Assembly (NCBI GenBank): GCA_000004695.1
Contig: CM000151.3
Location: 2,720,001-2,784,000, forward strand
DNA: 64,000 nucleotides
Direction: 5' to 3'
Origin: Dictyostelium discoideum
Taxonomy: Eukaryota
Shown in pieces: positions 55,403 through 64,000 of this stretch. Numbering within the stretch: the stretch's first letter is position 1; every line of letters begins with the position of its first letter. Both the position numbers and the translations under genes were made by a program. The notes below the pieces were generated by a model. The model made no database searches, was not told where the DNA came from, and saw only the letters and a program-made list of their open reading frames with translations.

Positions 55403-58400
55403 ATGAAGATCTATAAAAAGAATCATTTTTTAAAAATTTTAATAATATTTATTTATTTATCGTGTAATATTTTAAAGGTAATTATTTAATTTTTAATTTT
55501 ATTTTTATTAATTTATTTATTAATAATTGTTTTTATAATAATTAATAAAAAGGTAAATGCAGATGGTACATTTTCAACAATTCAACCAAGTACAGATATT
55601 AAATTTGATAAATCAAATTTAGAATTTGTTGCCGAATGGGATGTTAGTGCAAATAGTATTTCAAATGTTGTAGGTAGTACAGATTCAAGTGAATTTTCAT
55701 TAAATTATGGTGTATGGGGACCAACATATAATTATTTAATCGCAAAAAATAAATCACCATCAATAAAGGCAAATGTTGATTATACATTTTCATTTGATTT
55801 TAAACTTGGTAAAGCTTTAGGAGAATATAATAATTATCAAAGTATGGTATTATCTTTTTACATTCCAGAGGATATCGCATACTTTCCATGGGAAATTCGT
55901 ACACCATTATATACAACCAATGAATTCAGTGGTAATTTCGCATCTACAAGTTATCAATCAAAGATTTTAACATTTAGATCAACAGTTGATATTGGTAATT
56001 CAATAATGGTACTCCGTATAAACCGTGCAACTGAAACTGGTCCAACTGCATCAAGTGTTTATTTTAGAAATATGAAAATTACAATTCCATCAAAACCAAT
56101 TACAACACCAACTGATTTATTAACAAAAGATTCTGAATTAATTGTAATTCCAAAACCACCAATTTCATTAGACCTACAGGATTTAACAAAATGTCCATAT
56201 CTAACTGCAAGTGATTTATATAATTGGCATGATCCAACCATTTGGCCAAATGGTGTTGTACCATCACCAAATCAAAATATAACAATACCTGCTGGTAAAC
56301 GTGTTTTAATATCTGCTTCTTCAATTTCACAAACTCAAATTTACTCAAGAATTGTTGTACCTGTAAATAGTGAATTAATATTCAATGATCAAAATTTCAC
56401 AATGAATATTAGAGATATATATGTTCAAGGTAAATTCATTATGGGTACAAGTTTATGTCGTTACAATTCCTTTATCAATATTATATTCCATGGTGAAAAA
56501 ACTTTACAAGATACAATTGCTCAATTCTATGGATCGAAAGGTATTGCTGTTGCTTCTGGTGGTTTCATTTCAGTTCAAGGTAAACAATATCATAATACAT
56601 GGAGTAAACTTGCTTCAAATGTGTGGTCTGGCGATAGAGTAATTTGGATTCAAGATAATGTAAATTGGGAAGTTGGTCAACAAGTTTTAATTACAACATC
56701 AGTTTACAAAGATGAATTAGATAATCAAAATGAAATTTTGACAATTAAAGCTATTGAAGGTAAGAAAATTGAATTCACTGAACCAATTAAATGGTTTAAA
56801 TATGGTTCTCAAGAATATCAAAGTGAAGTTGCACTTCTTTCAAGAAGAATTGTATTCTCAAGTGATGAATCTTCATCTGTTTCAACTTCATTTGGTGGTC
56901 ATATTCTATCTTCTGGTGAAATGCAATTCGCTGGTGTTCAATTAAAAAGAATGGGTCAAAAGAATGTAAAAGCACGTTATCCACTTCATTATCATTTAGG
57001 TGGTACACTAAATAATTCATTTATTTCTGATTGTTCAGTTACTAATAGTTATTATCGTTGTTATACAATTCATGGTACCAATAATGTTACATTAACAAGA
57101 AATGGTATTTATTTATATTTTTTCAATTATATTATAAATATTTAAATATATATATAATTATTAAAATTATTATTATTATTTCTATAAATTTAAATTTAGT
57201 TGCTTATGATGCATTTGGCCATTGTTATTATTTAGAAGATGGTGTTGAAGTTGATAATAGAATTTCATTTAATCTTGGTGCATATGTTCATACAATTGGT
57301 AAACCTGCTGCTGGTGCATCTCAAATTGGTATTTATTTACTTTTAATCTACTAATAATTTTAATTATATATATAAATAAACTAACCAATTTAAAAAATTT
57401 TAATTATTACCTTAGGTGAAACATTTTATCAAAGTAGTGAATTAACTCAACCAGCAGACTCTGCAGCCTCTTGTTTCTACATTACAAATTCATGGAATTC
57501 ATTTATTGGAAACGCTGCAAGTGGTGGTTGGGCAGGTTTTGCTTTCCCAAATTTAGTATGTAATAATTATTTTCAAAGTTTTATTTTTTTTATTCAATAT
57601 TCTAACATTATTTAATTTTTAGCCAAAACCAATAGGTAATCATAGAACTCTTAATATTATACCAATGCAGTATCCTATTAAAGAATGGCAAGGAAATACA
57701 GCCCACTCGAGTGGTTATTACTTTGAAGATGGGTAATTATCTATTATTTATTTTTATTAATTATTATTAATTTATTATTAAAATTATTTTTATAATTAAT
57801 GAATTAATTCATTATTTTTTTTTTTTAAAAAAATAAAAAGTGCATCAATTTATGTTGGTGGTAATTTAACATTTAATGAAGCAAATGGAATGTTAATTTA
57901 TAATTCAGGTAGATTAGGTAGAACTACATATGTAAATGGTGTAAAAAATGAAAATAATGTTGTTTTTGATAGATTAAATAATACAAAGATATTTTTATCA
58001 AATTTAGGTGTTGGATATTGGGGTGAAAATATAGAGATTGTAGGTTATGAATCACATGATAATACACGTCCTGTATCACTTTTTGGTAACGTTTGGTTAC
58101 ATAATGCACTTGTTAATGGTCAATCTGGTAATATTTTAACTAAAAATTCAGAGACAACAAGACAAGGTTTCCGTTTCTATGATTTTTATGTTCAAACCAT
58201 AATTTCAAATACTATTTTTAGAAATTTTATTCATTCAACAGCTGCAACTAAACGTGATGAAGATAATGTTGTTATTACAGCTACTACATTTAGTGATGTA
58301 TTTAAACCACAATTTATTTCAGCAACTAAAAATATTACATTTCAAAATGTACCACAATCTCAAATCATTGGACATGAAGATGTTGCAAATTCTGGTAGTA

Positions 58401-59257
58401 GTAGATTATTTAATTTCCTTGATGGTGATGGTTCAGTAACAAGTTCATTCACTGGTAAACCTGGTATACCACAAATTGTTGGTTCTCATGTATCATGGTG
58501 GAAATTTGATGATTCTTGTTTATTCAGTACAGAATGGAATGTTTGGGTTTGTAATAAAGGTACTAAAGGTCTTGCTAATATTGAATTTTGGGTACCAGGT
58601 TTTATGGAACGTGAACTTGAACAAGACCCAGATTCATACATTGGTTCAATTAGTTTATTTGGTAGTGGTATAAATGATGAAAGAAAAACATTATTAACTA
58701 GAAATCGTAAGTTTAATAGTTTTATAAACCAATATTAAAAATGATAATAATAATTGTTATATTAATAATACTTTTTTTTTTATTTTTTATTTTTTTATTT
58801 TTTTAAAGCTGGTATTACTGGTGTTTCAAATATGGGTTGGTATGCTTATTTCACAATTGGTACACCAAATTATTTAAGGATATGGACAGCTCAAATTGCA
58901 TTTGGTGAATATATTTTTTTAGCTATACCATATCCAACTGGTACAACTTTTACAATTACAAGTGAGTATGATTATTCTAATCAATATACATACACTATTA
59001 CAAAGACAACATCTGCACTTGCAGTTAAACAAGGTAATGGCAAACAATACTACTTTGATGGTACTCATTTATTTTTAAAACTCGTCAATTTTATGAATAC
59101 TGGTGGAAGTTGGGAAAGTTTCGATAGAGTTGGTATAAAGATTCCAGATGTATATTGGACATACATTTACAATATTCGTGCTACAAATACTGCTAAACCA
59201 TCTGTAAATGGTTACTTTTTAAATTTACCAGATGTTAGACCATCTTCAACTTTATAA
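55403..59257 (+). CDS. Secreted G8-domain / right-handed beta-helix protein (CEMIP/TMEM2-like), 7 exons, about 1106 aa
   Basis: The seven exons are 55403..55477 (signal peptide MKIYKKNHFLKILIIFIYLSCNILK), 55553..57104, 57200..57328, 57416..57555, 57623..57732, 57841..58706 and 58809..59257. Donors are GTAATT, GTATTT, GTATTT, GTATGT, GTAATT and GTAAGT, and every junction keeps the ORF-track frames (55844.., 57890.., 58832..). G8-like region is ...RYPLHYHLGGTLNNSFISDCSVTNSYYRCYTIHGTNNVTLTRN. Confidence 0.65.
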
Positions 59258-60312
59258 ATAAGATCAATTTAATTCGATCTATTTATCATTTATTTATTAA
59301 AATTACTAAATTCTATATAAATATTTATTACACAACGATTATTTTTTATCATTTTATTAAAGTTATTAATATGTGATATTTTGTTTATTATAAATTGTAT
59401 TATGAAGTTTTATTAAATTTTTAATAAATATAATTATATTTTTATTGTGGCTAGATTCTTTTTATTATTTTATGATGATTGATATTAGTTTGTTATAAAT
59501 TTCATTAAATTTTAATATCTTTCCTTAAAATGTGAGAAATTAGTATTATTTCTCTAAAAATAGTAAAAGATTTAATTTTTTTTCCGTGTTTATAGGGGAA
59601 AATAAATGAAATAATAAAAATAATAGTGAATATTTCATATTAATTATATGAAAAATGTGTGGTTGAGTTTGGCCTGGTATGAAAAGTAATTTAATGTGGC
59701 ACTGGTTTGTCCGTAGCTTCATTATTTTATTTTTATTTTTCATATTTTCAGAAAATAAATATGAATTGCAATGTATTCTTGATAGATATTACCCAAGTTC
59801 TAAAAGGAATGATTATACTAATTATAATAATTACAATAATAAATAATAATAAATAATAATAAATAATCATAATACTATTATTAGTATTATTATTATTTCA
59901 TATTCAGTTCTTGCCAACCAAATCCAAAAAACGAATAATTTTTATGGGGAAAATAAAATTAAATTATAATTTCGCAAAAAATAAAAAATAAAAAAAAAAA
60001 AAATAAAAAATTAAAAATGGTGTGTGGTGAGAGTGGGAACTAAATCTAAAACAAACTATCGCCTAACAAAATTTTTTATCACCACTCTATCAACTGTACC
60101 TTTTATATAAAAAAAAGAAAAAAAAAAAAAAAATTAAAATTATAAAATTTGAATAAAATTTAAGTTTTTATTTTATTTTATTTTTTTATAAAAATTGAAG
60201 TATAATTTATAAAGGCAAAAAATAAATATTTATTAAAAACTTTAAAAAAAAAAAAAAAAATATTATTATACATTAATATATAAAATAAAAAGATAAAAAA
60301 TTAAAAATAATC

Positions 60313-60483
60313 ATGTTAAAATTTTAAATAGCCATTTTAGTGATAATCTCATTACTTACAAATTTAAATGCTGTAAATGGACAAAATACCGCCTGTTTGG
60401 ATTATTGTTTTTATAAAAACCCAATTATATTAAGAGAATGTTCAAAAGGAAAATCATTAAGCCCAAAAGACTATATTAAATAA
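60313..60483 (+). pseudogene. Paralog of the small secreted Cys-rich peptide at 61320, with an early in-frame stop
   Basis: atgttaaaattttaaatagccattttagtgataatctcattacttacaaatttaaatgctgtaaatgg... parallels 61320 (MLKFLMVILVVISLLSIFDVANGK) but has TAA at codon 5. The downstream text keeps Cys spacing similar to CLDYCFYKNPIILRECSKG. Confidence 0.3.
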
Positions 60484-61319
60484 TTGTAGAAATCAATGCT
60501 TTGAATAACCTTTTTTTTGAAATTTAATTATTAATAAACTTGTTATCAATAATATTATTTTATTACTTTTCCCCAAAAAAATATTTTAAAATATTTTTTT
60601 AGTATGTGGAATTTATCTCTTATTAATAGATAAATTCCATTATTTTTTTTATTTAATAAATCATAATAAAGAATTGTCTAAAATGATAAATTTATGTGTG
60701 TGTGTGTGTTTTTTTTAATAATAATCCCAAATTAAACTATTTTCTTTATTTGTTTTATTTAAATAAAGAGAATGGTTTAATTCGGGATTATTATTTTATT
60801 ATTTATTTATTTGTTTATTTTTTTTTAATTTAAACAAAACAAAAAAAAATTTATCAATTATTTTTAATAAAAATTATTATTAGCTTCGGCTCAATTACTC
60901 AAGATTATTTTAGATATAATAATAAATATAGAATAAATTCAATAATAATTATAAAGATAGACCTTATCTGTTACAGTTTTTGCCAAATGGTTTACTGGGG
61001 AAAATAAAATTAAATTATAACTAAAAAAAATAAAATTTATATCATATGTGCCTCACCTTTCATTCACCAACTCTTACATACATTGCTTTATTTGGTCAAT
61101 TTTACATTTTTAATTGTTTTTTTTTTTTTTTTTTTTTTATTAAAAGGATAAAATTTTTTTATAATTTAATTTTTTTATATAAAAAGGATACTAATTTTTA
61201 TTCATTTTATTATTAAATAATTGCATTATAATTTAAAAAAGATAAAAAATAAATAAATATATCAGAAATAATTTAAAAATATATATTTAATTTTTTTATA
61301 AAAAGATAAATTTTAAAAA

Positions 61320-61529
61320 ATGTTAAAATTTTTAATGGTTATTTTAGTGGTGATCTCATTGCTTTCAATTTTTGATGTTGCAAATGGAAAAAATCTTCTA
61401 TGTATGGAAAATTGCATTAAAGAAGCAGTGGATTATCCATTTAAATGTGTATTTGGAACTCCAGTAACTACACAATGTAGCTTACTTATATATAAATGTT
61501 CTGTTAAATGCTCTTCCTTACACTACTAG
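61320..61529 (+). CDS. Small secreted cysteine-rich peptide (69 aa)
   Basis: Signal peptide MLKFLMVILVVISLLSIFDVANG, then a mature peptide with 6 Cys (CMENCIKEAVDYPFKCVFGTPVTTQCSLLIYKCSVKC). Confidence 0.45.
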   Translation: MLKFLMVILVVISLLSIFDVANGKNLLCMENCIKEAVDYPFKCVFGTPVTTQCSLLIYKCSVKCSSLHY

Positions 61530-61539
61530 TTCCAGCCTC

Positions 61540-62330
61540 TAAATGGATTGAATTGAAATAATTTTTTTAGTGTTTATAAAAGGAAATTCTAAAAATAAAC
61601 TAAATTTAAAAATAATAAAATTTTTTAAAATTCGAAAACAGTCAGCTGGTAAACTATAACAACTGGTGGTCGGTGTCATCATGTTAGTTTTTCCTAATGA
61701 TTTCTTCATTGTGTTGATTATTGTTGCTGAGGTTATTGGTATTGTTACATTAGGTGACGATGGTGGTGTTGAGTGATTATTTGGTTGTTGTTGTGATTGT
61801 TGACTCATTAATTGGATATGTTGCTGAAGTAGTTGATTCTGTTAATCTATTACCTGTTGTTGTTCTTTTATTTGACGTTGTTGTTCATTAAATACTGAAA
61901 CCTGTGGTGGAGGTTGTTCTTGTTGTTGTTGTTGTTCATTATCTTGTTGTTGAAGTTCATTATTATCAATATCTTCATTATTGTTATTATTATTGTTATT
62001 TTTATTATTATTAGTTGACATTCTTAAAATAAATTATTTAATAAAGTTTGATAATTTATTATTGTTGATTTTGAATTGTTATTTTATTATTACTGAATTT
62101 ATTATTATTATTAGTAGTAAAATAAACTATTAATTTTTTAAGGAATAAATGTACACAAATTAATTAAAGACCATAGCCCTATCGCGTTTTTATTATGTTG
62201 TATCTTTTTTATTACTGAGGTTGGATTAGAAACTTAATTTCTTTTTATAGTCCTCAGATTTGAGCAAGCTCAAATCTGTTATCAACTCCAACCTTCAGCC
62301 GATAGGGTTGGATCTAAATTAAATTTCATT
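61540..62330 (-). mobile_element. Larger copy of the repetitive element seen at 33535..34005, inverted orientation, with a Q/N-rich ORF
   Basis: The reverse complement of 62150..62330 matches the 33535..33725 terminal structure. The minus-strand ORF (includes 61539..61808: MSQQSQQQPNNHSTPPSSPNVTIPITSATIINTMKKSLGKTN...) is homologous to 33720..34005. The upstream minus-strand text encodes MSTNNNKNNNNNNNEDIDNNELQQQDNEQQQQEQPPPQVSVFNEQQRQIKEQQQ. Confidence 0.55.
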
Positions 62331-63038
62331 ATTATATTATTTTATATTTATTTTAAATTTGTATTATTATTTTTATGAGGTAATTTTATATGTGACATTT
62401 TAATATCTGGTATCTAATATCTATTGTGTGAAAATTATTGTGAAATTAAAATTAATTAAATAATTTTTTTTTTTTTTTTTTATTTTTTTTTTTATTTTTT
62501 TTTTTTTGGAAATTAAATTTAATTTAAAATACAATAAAATAAATATTTATTATTTTCTATAATATACGTATTATAACTAATTATTGTGAGAGAGTTGAAA
62601 ACAAAACTATATTTTGAATTATTATTAATTATTTTTGAATTATTATTATTGTGTTCTGTTTAGAACATATCAAAAAAATTAAATAAATTATTAGTATTAA
62701 CAAGATATTTATGAGTTGTATAATGTGTAAAATTGACTTATATTTAATTGGTTAATTTTACAATTTTAATTATTTTTTTTTTTTTATATTTTTAATAATT
62801 TTAATATATTTTATTTTATAATTTAAAAGATACATTGTTGATGGGATAAATCCGTGAAAAGTAATTTTGTGAGGCGTTGATTGGTGATTTTTTTTTTTTT
62901 TAATTTTTTTTTTTATTTTCTTTCTAGCTACTATTTTTTATTTATTTAATTATAAAAAAATTGAAATATAATTTAAAAAGGTAAAAAATATATATTTATT
63001 ATAAACTATAGAAAAAAAAAAAATATTAATATATATTT

Positions 63039-63218
63039 GTCCCATGCCAAAATTAATATGGCTGCTGAAATTAATATGGTAATTTTGGCATGGGACTTAT
63101 GTCTGCTAGAATTACCACATTAATTTCAGCAGCCATATTAATTTTGGCATGCACAGACCAACTATTTTAGGCTGAAATTAATATGGCTGCCGAAATTAAT
63201 ATGGTAATTTTGGGCATA
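63039..63218. repeat. Foldback / nested inverted-repeat structure (MITE-like)
   Basis: gtcccatgccaaaatta...taattttggcatgggac forms a 17 bp stem (63039-63096). The following segment ctagaattaccacattaatttcagcagccatattaattttggcatg is the reverse complement of the first arm plus loop, and a third partial copy (gctgaaattaatatggctgccgaaattaatatggtaattttgggcat) follows. Confidence 0.7.
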
Positions 63219-63600
63219 GAAAAATAAAAAAAAAACTCAAAGTCATTTAATTAATAATCATCTCAAATATAAAAGAATTAAAAATAATAAAAAAAAACTC
63301 ATGGGATTAATTACAGTAACAATACTGATGACAAGAATAATTATAAAATAAAAAAAAAAAAAAAATCTTTTTTTATCTTTTTATTTTTATTTCTTATTTA
63401 TTTTCATGTGTTCAAAAAAAGTGGTGGTTTAAAACAATTTATTTAATTTTAAACTGTATGATTGTTTAAACAATTTCGAAATAAGTTTCTTTAAAGAAAT
63501 TCTGTATTTCTTTTTTTTATTTTATTTTATTTCATTTCATTCTATTTTTTTTTTTTTATTTTTTTTATTTTTTTATTTTTTTATTTTTTTTTTGTATATT

Positions 63601-63604
63601 TAAG

Positions 63605-63701
<97 letters not shown>

Positions 63702-63703
63702 TA

Positions 63704-63747
<44 letters not shown>

Positions 63748-63760
63748 ATTACTATTATTT
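63601..63760. repeat. (TTA)n microsatellite, about 50 units
   Basis: Near-perfect att/tta run. Confidence 0.95.
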
Positions 63761-64000
63761 AATTGACCGAAGGGATATCTTTTACTTTTTTTTTATATAT
63801 AATTGTTCGAAACTTTAAAAAATAAAATAAAAAAAAAAAATTAAAAAAAAAAATATAAAAAAAAAATTAAAAAAATTAAAAAGTATTTTTTTTTTTTATT
63901 TTTTTATTTTTCCACCCGAAGATGTCGCTTTTTTGGAATTTAAAGATGTTGAATTCAATCAAAGTGATGAATTTGGTGTATTATTTAACGAAGTTACTAT

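Noticed and set aside
56059-57020. Short ORFs (56059..56241, 56100..56348, 56421..56642, 56754..56945, 56796..57020, 57924..58109, 58254..58439, 58476..58673) inside the G8-domain gene
   Set aside because: These are off-frame or antisense ORFs nested in a long, well-supported coding exon.
63921-64000. Possible gene start at the window end (ATGTCGCTTTTTTGGAATTTAAAG...)
   Set aside because: Only about 26 codons are visible before the window ends, too few to support a call.

Overview
This window reads as nuclear DNA from a dictyostelid social amoeba (Dictyostelium-like): about 78% A+T, long homopolymer and (TTA)/(AAT) tracts, poly-Asn/Gln coding microsatellites, and short AT-rich spliceosomal introns (GTAAGT/GTAAAT ... 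AG). It is not prokaryotic, and I found no rRNA, tRNA or CRISPR. The main feature is a tandem array of 10 paralogs of an acetyl-CoA-synthetase-like (ANL/AMP-binding) acyl-CoA ligase spanning positions 1 to about 34,400. Three copies point left on the minus strand and seven point right on the plus strand. Seven copies look intact, two are clear pseudogenes, and one carries coding repeat expansions plus a frameshift. All share a short exon 1 (~104 bp, ending just after a Trp codon), a phase-2 intron of ~80-115 bp, and a ~1.85 kb exon 2. The two most distal copies sit in a near-identical ~3.9 kb segmental duplication that includes the same embedded repeat element. Between the two arms of the array lie an HPP-family membrane protein, a secreted Cys-rich protein, a class-3 lipase and a secreted protein with a putative DPBB/3D-like and LysM-like fold. 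The right third of the window holds several genes whose ORF-track pieces I joined by inferred introns. These are a Cu-transporting P-type ATPase with a cryptic upstream exon encoding a Cys-rich, degenerate metal-binding domain, and an ~827 aa TPR-like repeat protein (2 exons). There is also a 3-exon multi-pass membrane protein, an Arb2/FAM172-like hydrolase-fold protein, and a 7-exon secreted G8/beta-helix (CEMIP/TMEM2-like) protein of ~1106 aa. A large 1169 aa N-rich protein is probably fused to an upstream ORF through an A8-tract frameshift. There are also a small C2H2 protein and small secreted Cys-rich peptides. Copies of an unassigned repetitive element occur at 28.8, 33.5 and, inverted, 61.5-62.3 kb, and a foldback inverted-repeat structure sits at 63.0 kb. 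All calls come from reading the sequence and ORF track; no database search was possible.
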